Assembly (NCBI GenBank): GCA_050749685.1
Contig: JBOGRS010000002.1
Coordinates: 3,881 to 67,880 of the forward strand
DNA from: Thermoplasmata archaeon
Lineage (GTDB): Archaea > Thermoplasmatota > Thermoplasmata > Lutacidiplasmatales > UBA184
Reading direction: 5' to 3'
Length of the DNA: 64,000 nucleotides
Shown here piece after piece: positions 36,306 through 43,948 of this stretch. Numbering within the stretch: position 1 is the first letter of the stretch; the number at the start of each line of letters is the position of its first letter. The notes beneath the pieces were generated by a model. The model had not been told where the DNA came from. It worked only from the letters and a program-made list of their open reading frames with translations, and did not search any database. Made by a program: the position numbers and the translations under genes.

Positions 36306-36788
36306 CTATGAGGGTGGCGCTGCCCCGCTCGTTCCGCTCTCTTGGCGGGCGAAGAGATAGGCCAGCAGCAGGAGGACCCCCACCACGAGGGCGGCGGCGA
36401 TCGCGACCTGGGCGGAGCCCGCCGGAAGCGCGATCGTGCTCCCGAGCGCGAGGGCGACGGCGAGCGACGGAAGACCGACGGTCGGAAGGAGGCCGGAGAG
36501 CGGCCGAGGATCGACGGCGGATTCGCCCACCACGAGAAGGAGGATCAACCCGGCGACGCCCGCCATCAGCTCGGTCACCGTCGTGACCGGGGCGACTGCG
36601 ACCAAGGCACCCGCGGCGACGAGGACGGGAAGAGGGGCGTACGGCCGGAAGCGGGGTCGGGTGAGACCCAGCGCGAGGGTCAAGCCCACGCCTCCGGCCA
36701 CGAGAAGGAACGCCGTCACGAGCCCCTCGCGGCCCAGCGTCCCGACGACGGCGAGCGGGACCGCCGCCAGGATCGATGCGCTCACCAA
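36306..36788 (-). CDS. hypothetical membrane protein (MoxR/DUF58 cluster)
   Basis: Four hydrophobic helices. TTG/GTG start near 36785-36788, about 40 nt downstream of the DUF58 stop. The maximal ORF up to 36926 overlaps the DUF58 gene and is rejected. Confidence 0.5.
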   Translation of the reverse strand: MVSASILAAVPLAVVGTLGREGLVTAFLLVAGGVGLTLALGLTRPRFRPYAPLPVLVAAGALVAVAPVTTVTELMAGVAGLILLLVVGESAVDPRPLSGLLPTVGLPSLAVALALGSTIALPAGSAQVAIAAALVVGVLLLLAYLFARQESGTSGAAPPS

Positions 36789-36826
36789 CCCGTCGAGACC
36801 TTGGCGGGGGGGCAAGGTCGGCGGCC

Positions 36827-38134
36827 TCAAGCCACCCTCCACGCCCGGGCCGGGCTCTTGAGGTAGTTCACCAGCGGGGCGAGCGACCAGTAGTCCTCCC
36901 ACTCCACGACCGGTGCCTCGGCCCACGCGGCCCCGAGGCGTTGGCGTCGCGCGAGTCGGAGGAGGCGAAGGGCGGTCGCATCGTCGGCGGTCGTGGGCGA
37001 GTCCGTCGGGCTCATGAGGGGGATCGGACTCGGCGAGAGGACGAAGGTGGGGTAGCCCCGGCGTCGTAGGTGCGGGAGGACGGTGATCGACCCTTCGTCG
37101 ACGAGCGTCGACAGGAGGAGCGTCGTGATCCCCGCCGGGAAGTACCGCCGCAAGGAGACCGCGAGCCGTTCGGGGGGACCGGGGGTCTCGACCGGGCCGG
37201 CGCGCTGGAGGGCGACCGCGATGCGGCGCCGTTGCACGCGTCCGGTCCCGAGCGCGACCGGGGTGAGGAACTCTCCGTAGAGCCCCAACCCGACCCGGGA
37301 CTTCGCGGAGAGGAAGGCGTCGGCGATGCCGAGCGCGGCGGCGCGGGTGATCGAGAGGAGCTGGGCGTCACGCTGGGATCCGAGCGAGGTGGGCCGTAGG
37401 TCGAGGAGCACGAGGAGATCCCCCGTCCGCTCGAGCTGATAGTCGTTCGCCAGGAGGCGGCCGGAACGCGCCGTCGCCCACCAGTTGATCTGGCGCGCCG
37501 TGTCCCCCGGGCCGGCGGCTCGGACCGCGAAGAACTCCCCCGAGGATCCGATCGTCCGCGAGCGGATCTCGCCCGGGGACGAGGTGGTCCGCCGAAGGTG
37601 CGCTCCGCCAATCCGGGCGACCTCGGGAGGAAAGCGCTCGATCCGGAGCGCCGGACCCGTGAGGGGGAGGGGGAGCTCGACCAGTCCGAGCGGATCCTCC
37701 CAGGCGACGTCGGGCCGCGCCAACGGGAGAAGGCACGGGAACGGCGCGTGGAAGGTCGCAGAAAACTCGACCGCGCCGGCCCGGGGGCGGACCGTCGGAC
37801 GGCGGGAGGTCGAAAGCGGCTCCGCCGGATAGAATCGCACGTGGACGGCGCGGGCGTCCACGGTCGGCGGGAGGACGATCTCCCCGCGAACCTCGACGTT
37901 CGCGCCGCTCCCCGATTCGGTCCATCGGAGCGTCGCCGGAGCTTCGCCGCTGGGTGCCTCGAGGAAGGCGGCCACCGGCGCGAGGAGGAGCGGAAGGGCG
38001 AGGAAGAGGGGCACCGGATTGAGGAGCGCGAGCGCGAGGACGACCAGGACGCCGCCCGAGGCGTAGAGGAGGAACGCCCGCGGTCGGAACGCCGGGCGGG
38101 CGTGGGTCTCCTCGTCCCGGGCGGACCACGTCAC
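36827..38134 (-). CDS. DUF58 domain protein (vWA-like, MoxR partner)
   Basis: FFAVRAAGPGDTARQINWWATARSGRLLANDYQLERTGDLLVLLD is the DUF58 signature. Two N-terminal TM helices. GTG at 38134 overlaps the upstream stop (GTGA). The first 220 aa of the maximal ORF are read-through. Confidence 0.75.
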   Translation of the reverse strand: MTWSARDEETHARPAFRPRAFLLYASGGVLVVLALALLNPVPLFLALPLLLAPVAAFLEAPSGEAPATLRWTESGSGANVEVRGEIVLPPTVDARAVHVRFYPAEPLSTSRRPTVRPRAGAVEFSATFHAPFPCLLPLARPDVAWEDPLGLVELPLPLTGPALRIERFPPEVARIGGAHLRRTTSSPGEIRSRTIGSSGEFFAVRAAGPGDTARQINWWATARSGRLLANDYQLERTGDLLVLLDLRPTSLGSQRDAQLLSITRAAALGIADAFLSAKSRVGLGLYGEFLTPVALGTGRVQRRRIAVALQRAGPVETPGPPERLAVSLRRYFPAGITTLLLSTLVDEGSITVLPHLRRRGYPTFVLSPSPIPLMSPTDSPTTADDATALRLLRLARRQRLGAAWAEAPVVEWEDYWSLAPLVNYLKSPARAWRVA

Positions 38135-38538
38135 GTTCCGCGCTCCAACCGGGCGACCTCTCCCTCGACCCATGCGCGGAACTCGGATGCGGGCAGATCG
38201 AGGAGCCGACGCTCGTCCTCGGCGCTCGTGTGCGCGAGCGTTCCGTGGCCCAGCTCGCGGTGCAGCGTCGCGATCGTGGCGACGATCGTCTGGCGACCGA
38301 GGCGCCCGGTGGTGAACGCGTCGCGCAGCGCGACCAGGGGATCCCCCGACAGCGGGGGAAGGGGGGCGACCGGGCGTCGCACCTTCGGCCAGAGCTCCTG
38401 CGCCGCGAGCGCCGCGGCCGCGATGGCGGCCAGGGTGGCGGCCGGTACGGCGGTCGACAGATTGCCCCCCGCCCATCCGGCCGCGGCGAGGCCGACGATG
38501 ACCACCCCGACCCAAAACCAGCGAGGCAGCTCGATCAT
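38131..38538 (-). CDS. small membrane protein (MoxR/DUF58 cluster)
   Basis: ATG at 38538 (MIELPRWFWVGVVIVGLAAAGWAGG...). ATGA overlap with the upstream gene and GTGA overlap with the DUF58 gene. Confidence 0.5.
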   Translation of the reverse strand: MIELPRWFWVGVVIVGLAAAGWAGGNLSTAVPAATLAAIAAAALAAQELWPKVRRPVAPLPPLSGDPLVALRDAFTTGRLGRQTIVATIATLHRELGHGTLAHTSAEDERRLLDLPASEFRAWVEGEVARLERGT

Positions 38539-39482
38539 GTCGCCTTCCGTGGGTGGCGATCGAGGTCGGAGAGGGCCCGGGTGAGGGAGGCGCGTGCGCG
38601 CTCGACCGATGCGATGGGGATCGGGTGGGGCGAGTAGCGGGCCTCCTCGAAGAGCAGGGTGAGCTCGTGGGAGGTCGCGGGCGTGACGCCCAAGTGGACC
38701 GTGCACTCGCGCTCGATCTCCCGCGGCGTGAGGCTCGCGAGGTCGAACGGGCCGTCCTCGATGCGGCTGAGGAGACGTGCATACGCCGCGACAATCCGGG
38801 AACGCGGGTCGGCGTCGGGATCGGCGTCCAAACCCTCGAGCGCGAGCCCGATCGTGGCGCGAGCGCTCGGCGTCGCGCCCCGACCGGTGCCTCGGGCCTC
38901 CCGATCGCGATGGGCGGCGATCAGGAAGGGGGTGACGACCGTCGCCACGACGAGCCCCCCGACCAGGATCGCCAGGTACTCCACCCACCCGGGGACTCCT
39001 CCGGATTCCAGCGGCACCCCGAAGCCGTTCCCGGTCCCGTTCGTCCCGCTCCCCCCCGACGAGGACCCGGTCCCGTTGGCGGCCGGTGGCGGAGCCGATC
39101 CCCCGACCCCGGCGAACCCGTGGCCGAACTCTCGCAGGAGGATCGCGATGGCGATCGTGGCGATGAACACGAGGAGGACCGCGGCGATGGCGAAGTTGGG
39201 GTACGCGACGCGGTCCTTGAGGCGGACGGCGATCCGCCAGCCCGCAACCCCGATGAGGACGAAACCGACCAGCTCGATCCCGAGCACGACCGTGCTGCCC
39301 GGCGTTCCCGTCGCGCCGGTGACCACTTGGGGAGGAGGGGGGATGACGGGGGCGGCGAGGAGCGAGGCCGCCGCTCCGAACGCGACCGCCGAGAGGACGA
39401 AGAGGGCGATCGCGGGAGAGAAGCGCGCGGGGGTGCGGACCTTTGGGGGTGCCGCTCCAGCGGTGCCCGTATCGGCGTTCAT
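38535..39482 (-). CDS. DUF4129 domain membrane protein
   Basis: Four TM helices with a Gly/Ser/Asn-rich loop. The C-terminal IVAAYARLLSRIEDGPFDLASLTPREIERE matches DUF4129, a common MoxR/DUF58 neighbour. Confidence 0.6.
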   Translation of the reverse strand: MNADTGTAGAAPPKVRTPARFSPAIALFVLSAVAFGAAASLLAAPVIPPPPQVVTGATGTPGSTVVLGIELVGFVLIGVAGWRIAVRLKDRVAYPNFAIAAVLLVFIATIAIAILLREFGHGFAGVGGSAPPPAANGTGSSSGGSGTNGTGNGFGVPLESGGVPGWVEYLAILVGGLVVATVVTPFLIAAHRDREARGTGRGATPSARATIGLALEGLDADPDADPRSRIVAAYARLLSRIEDGPFDLASLTPREIERECTVHLGVTPATSHELTLLFEEARYSPHPIPIASVERARASLTRALSDLDRHPRKAT

Positions 39483-40390
39483 CGCGGCGTCGAGACCTCC
39501 GTCCGCCCCCCCGCCGTCGGGGTAGGGGAGGGGTCCTTCACGAGGAAGTAGGCGCTCCGCCGTTCGTGCTCCGCGGTTACGACGGCGAAGTCCACTACGC
39601 GGTAGCCGATGTCAAAGGCCGCGCGGAAGGCGTCGCGCACCGCGTGGCGCCACCGCCTCACCGAAGCGGGCTCGTGCTCGAGGACGAGCTTGAGGTCGAA
39701 CGGAATCTCGAGATGGACGTGAGCCGCCGACGGTTCGACGACCGCGGTCGGGAGGCGGATGCCGGAGTCGCCGACTTCGGTCTCCACGATCGCAACGGAG
39801 CGGGCCCAGCGGTCCCGGTCCTCCTCGGGAGCGGGAAGACCTCCGGCGAGCCGCTCCACCGTCCGAGGCTCCGCGAGTTCCCAGGCGTAACCCACCCGGT
39901 CGCTCTCGTCGCCGGCGTCCGGGGCGTCCGAGCGCCGTCCGAAGTAGTGGGGCAGGAAGCGGTCCGGACGGGCGCCCAGCCGTCGCACGAGGAGGAAGGC
40001 GGTCCGGCTCTCGAGCGGGTCGAAGGCTCCCCGGATCCGGGGGAGGCCCTGGGCGAGCACCTCGTCGCGCTGGAACGCCTTGAGGCGGAAGCCCACATGG
40101 TGGTTCTGGTACTCCGGCCGCACGGCGGTGGCGACGGCGTAGTGGTAGAGACTGGTGCCGTCCCACCCCAGAAGTCCGACCGCGAACCCGGCGAGGTAGA
40201 TGTCGGCGAACGCTCCCAGGACCAGTCCCCCGTGGTCCTGCAGCGTCCGCTGGACTGACGCGGGGACGGCGGGTTCGCCCGCGGGACCGAACGCGACGGC
40301 GTGGACCTCCTCGACGGCCCGACGTTCCTCGGGCTTGTCCAGTCGGCGGAAGCGGAAGCCTTGGACCTCGCGGGCGGTCCGCAGCGCCAT
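39479..40390 (-). CDS. GNAT-fold family protein (COG3375-like)
   Basis: ATG at 40390. ATGA overlap with the DUF4129 gene. FRFRRLDKPEERRAVEEVHAVAFG and HYAVATAVRPEYQNHHVGFRL resemble an acetyltransferase fold. Weak call. Confidence 0.45.
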   Translation of the reverse strand: MALRTAREVQGFRFRRLDKPEERRAVEEVHAVAFGPAGEPAVPASVQRTLQDHGGLVLGAFADIYLAGFAVGLLGWDGTSLYHYAVATAVRPEYQNHHVGFRLKAFQRDEVLAQGLPRIRGAFDPLESRTAFLLVRRLGARPDRFLPHYFGRRSDAPDAGDESDRVGYAWELAEPRTVERLAGGLPAPEEDRDRWARSVAIVETEVGDSGIRLPTAVVEPSAAHVHLEIPFDLKLVLEHEPASVRRWRHAVRDAFRAAFDIGYRVVDFAVVTAEHERRSAYFLVKDPSPTPTAGGRTEVSTPR

Positions 40391-40436
40391 CGGCGTGGGA
40401 CCGTGAGGACGTACTTAACGGTCGAGGAGCGGGGTG

Positions 40437-40871
40437 TTAGAGGCGGATGCGCAGGTCCGACTTCTTACGGAGATAGCGCTGTTCGTCTTCGGGCGTGAGG
40501 TCCCAGAGGAGGTCCTCGAGGTCGGGGATGTTGCGGAGGAACTCGGCCTTGCTCTTCGTGAGCATCAGGTGCTCGAAGCGTCGGCGGGCGAGGTAGTAGG
40601 ACCCGACCAGGTAGGCGCCGATGATCGATACGATCGGGCCGGCGAGGACGAAGACGAGGTTGTAGTTGGGACCGTTCGAAGAGCTCTGGTCGGTGACCGC
40701 ATCGATCGAACGAAAAACGTAGCTCGTGTTGAGCGGAGTGAACGCACCGACCGCAAGGACGGTCATGAAGACCCCGACCGCGAGGACCACGATCGACAGC
40801 GCGAAGCGCTGCGCCCGAAGGAAGTGGCGGAAGCGCCGCTCGAACGGTACGCGCTCCTCGTCCCGGGCCAT
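40437..40871 (-). CDS. hypothetical membrane protein
   Basis: Two TM helices. Visibly lower GC and more Lys/Asn than its neighbours. Confidence 0.5.
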   Translation of the reverse strand: MARDEERVPFERRFRHFLRAQRFALSIVVLAVGVFMTVLAVGAFTPLNTSYVFRSIDAVTDQSSSNGPNYNLVFVLAGPIVSIIGAYLVGSYYLARRRFEHLMLTKSKAEFLRNIPDLEDLLWDLTPEDEQRYLRKKSDLRIRL

Positions 40872-41038
40872 CTCGGCGGACCGGAGCCCGGCCGTCTTAT
40901 CAAGCTATGGAGGTGTCACGGCGTGGAATGCGGTCACTCGGGGTGTCCGGGGTCGTCCGGGGCCGACCGGACCCCCCTAAGGGCCCACCTTCCGCGTCGT
41001 GGATGGGTTTAAGGGGAGGTCGGGACGACATATGGGGG

Positions 41039-41530
41039 ATGACCGCTGGTAACCCGCCCCCTGGGTACCCCTCGTCGGCGAACCCGCCGCCCCCACCTCC
41101 GATATGGACTCCCCCACCCCCGTCGCACGGTCGGGGGGTCTCGATTTCTCTCGAGACCCTCGGGACGTGGGCATTCATCGTCGGCTTCCTCCTCGTGTTC
41201 GTCGGAGCCCTCGTCGTGGTCGGATGGGTGAGCGAGCCGGGAAGCTGCTTTTCGAGCCCCAGCACCTGTGACGCCAACCACACCGCCGGCGTGGTGAATG
41301 CGATCTGGGCGGCCAAGATCCTCTGGGTCCTCGGCCTCTCGGGCATTGGCGCGGGCGCCGGGATCAAGCTCCACTGGGGAGCCCCCGTACCGCGTGGGTC
41401 GACGCCGGAGGAATACACGTGGGCGGTCGCCGAGCGCCGCCGCTACCTCCTCCTGTTCGTCGTCGCGCTGGTCCTGCTCACGATCGTGATGCTGACCACG
41501 AACGCGCTACCGGTCCTCAGCGTACCGTAG
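41039..41530 (+). CDS. hypothetical membrane protein with a Pro-rich N-terminus
   Basis: ATG at 41039 (MTAGNPPPGYPSSANPPPPPP...). Three TM helices. Confidence 0.45.
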   Translation: MTAGNPPPGYPSSANPPPPPPIWTPPPPSHGRGVSISLETLGTWAFIVGFLLVFVGALVVVGWVSEPGSCFSSPSTCDANHTAGVVNAIWAAKILWVLGLSGIGAGAGIKLHWGAPVPRGSTPEEYTWAVAERRRYLLLFVVALVLLTIVMLTTNALPVLSVP

Positions 41531-41619
41531 GGCGCCCGCAGCCCCCCCCAGGAGCAACCCCTTCTCGCCTCCCTCTTCTTGGCCTCCCGACGGCCGATCG
41601 ACTCCCTCGATAGGACGAG

Positions 41620-42369
41620 TTATCGGTCGATCCGTCCGAACGAGGGTTCGGACGGTTTGGCGTCCTCGTCGGAGACCGCGGACGGGGCGCGTACCCGGCT
41701 GAGGATCGGGCCACGCAGCCTCACAAAGACCCATCCCATCCCGGCGGCGACGATCGCGGCGGCGACCAGGCCTTCGACCGCACCGAGGAAGGCTCCCAGG
41801 CCGAGGAAATAGAACGCAATGACGGAGACCAGCGCCCCCGAAAGGGGACCCCCGCCCACCCGATGACTCTCGCGCGTCGCGCGGAGCGATAGGAGCGATC
41901 CTGCGATCTCGATCTGCAAGAGGGCGACCGACTGGACAAGGACGAGGCCGACCCCGATGGGCGTCAGGAGGCCGGCGCCGAAGTAACCGGCGACCGTCGC
42001 GAGGATGAGGATGCCGCCCACGCCGGCCCGGAACCCGAGCGCGTAGAACGGCGACGCTTCGGTCGACCCGAAGTAGACGGAGCGTACGAGCATCCACTGG
42101 GCGAGCTCGCCGCCCGCGACGAGGACGAGCGACTCGACGGCACCGTCCAGGACGAACCCGGCGGTCATCGACGTGAGAAAGAGGAGGAAGACGAGGGCGA
42201 GCGGGACCCCGACGAAGAGCCCGGCGGTATAGGCGATCATCTCCTTTCGCTCGTCGAACAGCGAGCGGGGGACCTGAGGGGCCGCGAACTTGCCGATCTC
42301 CCAGTAGACGAACCCCCCCGAGAGGAGGACCCCGACGAATCCGCCCAGGTAGATCGCGCTGTTGACCAC
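41620..42369 (-). CDS. hypothetical polytopic membrane protein
   Basis: Six or seven hydrophobic helices. Starts 2 nt after the trmI stop, so it may be co-transcribed. Confidence 0.55.
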   Translation of the reverse strand: MVNSAIYLGGFVGVLLSGGFVYWEIGKFAAPQVPRSLFDERKEMIAYTAGLFVGVPLALVFLLFLTSMTAGFVLDGAVESLVLVAGGELAQWMLVRSVYFGSTEASPFYALGFRAGVGGILILATVAGYFGAGLLTPIGVGLVLVQSVALLQIEIAGSLLSLRATRESHRVGGGPLSGALVSVIAFYFLGLGAFLGAVEGLVAAAIVAAGMGWVFVRLRGPILSRVRAPSAVSDEDAKPSEPSFGRIDR

Positions 42370-42371
42370 GG

Positions 42372-43184
42372 TTAGACCCCGCGTCGTGCCCCGGTGAGAA
42401 AGCCGGTGTGGCCCAGCATCTCGAATTCCGGTCGGGTTCCGCCGTCACCGACGTGGAGCGAACGCTCGAGGATCTCGACCGATCGGACGTCCTCGAACTC
42501 CCGACGGCGGAGCTCGCGCACGGTGCGCTCCAGCTGGTTATACGTCGGCGTGTAGGTCGCCAGTCCGCCTCCAGGGACCAACGCCGTTCGGGCGGCCTCC
42601 AGCACCGCCCACGGTTCGGGCAGGTCGAGGAGCACGCTGCCCGCCCCCGTCGCGTCGAACCCGTCGGCCGCGACGTCCCGAACCCGAAACTCGACTCGAT
42701 CCACGAGCCCGGCGCGCGCCACGTTCCGCCGCGCGATCTCGAGGAAGTCGTCGCGGCGGTCGAACGTCACGACGCGTCCCGAGGGGCCGACGAAGTGAGC
42801 CAGGACGATGGTGAGGGCTCCGCTGCCGGCCCCGGCTTCGAGCACGCGACCTCCCGGCGCGACACCGGCGAGATAGAGCATCTGCATCGCGTCCTTCGGC
42901 GTCACGATCTGCGCTTTGCGTTCGACCTGAGCGACGAGGTCCGAGAGGGAGGGGCGCAGGGCGACGTACGTGGCTCCCGCCCAGGTCACGGTCGTCCCTG
43001 GGGGTCGGCCGACGAGCGGTGCGAGGTCGACGACCCCCTCCCGGTCGAGCGTCTGAGGATGGGCGATCAGCTTGAGGAGGCGACCCCTCTCACCGGGACG
43101 CCAGAGGAGGATCGTCTCACCCTCGTGCAACACCGGAGCTCCGTCGGGCACGCGTCGCAAACCCGGTTCTTCGTTATAACGCAT
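42372..43184 (-). CDS. trmI: tRNA (adenine-N1)-methyltransferase TrmI (m1A57/58)
   Basis: ATG at 43184 (MRYNEEPGLRRVPDGAPVLHEGETILLW). SAM motif VLEAGAGSGALT. GCD14-type C-terminus. Confidence 0.8.
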   Translation of the reverse strand: MRYNEEPGLRRVPDGAPVLHEGETILLWRPGERGRLLKLIAHPQTLDREGVVDLAPLVGRPPGTTVTWAGATYVALRPSLSDLVAQVERKAQIVTPKDAMQMLYLAGVAPGGRVLEAGAGSGALTIVLAHFVGPSGRVVTFDRRDDFLEIARRNVARAGLVDRVEFRVRDVAADGFDATGAGSVLLDLPEPWAVLEAARTALVPGGGLATYTPTYNQLERTVRELRRREFEDVRSVEILERSLHVGDGGTRPEFEMLGHTGFLTGARRGV

Positions 43185-43631
43185 GTACCTCGAGCGAGGA
43201 CGAGCCCCGCACCGGCCGGAGGTCGCGGACGGGCCCAACGTCCCTTCGTGGTCGCGAGCCAACGTCCCGGTCCTTCGGTCGACCGGCGAATCCGTCGCGG
43301 ACCCTCCGCCGGAGGACCGGAACCTCCTCGGCAACCCGTCAGAGGCGCCCGATGCGTTCGTCGCGCGATGGCGATGGGCCGCGAGTCACGAGATCCGTAT
43401 CGATTCGGAGGGTCATCCCCGCCGAAACAAACCGGGGTCAATGTCCCGGAGTCCCCTCTACGGCGATCGACGTGGGGAGGGGGACGTCCGAACCGGAATG
43501 GTGGGCCTTATACCACCATGCCATTTCGGCCCCGGCACGAGGGATTCTCCGACGTTGGAGGGCGACCAATTGGGCTGCCGATGTCCCGTACGGGGGAGCC
43601 GTCGCACCGAGTCGAACCGGCACGGAGACGC

Positions 43632-43705
43632 GCGGGCATAGTGTAGTCTGGTTATCACATAGCCTTGCCAAGGCTATGACCCGGGTTCAAATCCCGGTGC
43701 CCGCA
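43632..43705 (+). tRNA. tRNA-Gly (anticodon GCC)
   Basis: Cloverleaf traced by hand. Acceptor GCGGGCA/UGCCCGC, anticodon arm UAGCC-UUGCCAA-GGCUA, T arm CCGGG-UUCAAAU-CCCGG, discriminator A. No CCA encoded. Confidence 0.9.
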
Positions 43706-43948
43706 TCCCCTTCCCTCCGGGTCGATCACCCGCGCCCCCGAGTCAGAGGACGGTGGCCCTCCTTCACGGCCCTCGGCCTACGCTCCGGGAGCGCCTCCGA
43801 TCGACCCGCGCCGTCCGCTGGCCGCGAGCCACGTCTGGGTGAAATGGACGACTCCGCCCCATCCCGCGGGGATTCCGTTCCGTCCCTTCCTCGTGCGACG
43901 GGTGCCGCGTTCCTCGGCCACCGCGCGATCGAGCGGCGTGCGTGCGGA

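Noticed and set aside
36827-38794. N-terminal 220 aa of the 655-aa maximal ORF for DUF58, and likewise the first 188 aa of the ORF at 31954-33654 and the first 550 nt of the ORF at 11335-14061.
   Set aside because: These are read-through of the frame into the overlapping upstream genes, with ATGA/GTGA-coupled starts found at 38134, 33090 and 11863. The upstream segments are Arg-rich junk, not part of the domains.
43185-43631. SRP RNA or RNase P RNA upstream of tRNA-Gly.
   Set aside because: Only weak, partial motif resemblance by eye. No helix-8 GGAA/GNAR context or P4 pairing could be assembled. Kept as a low-confidence finding, not a feature.
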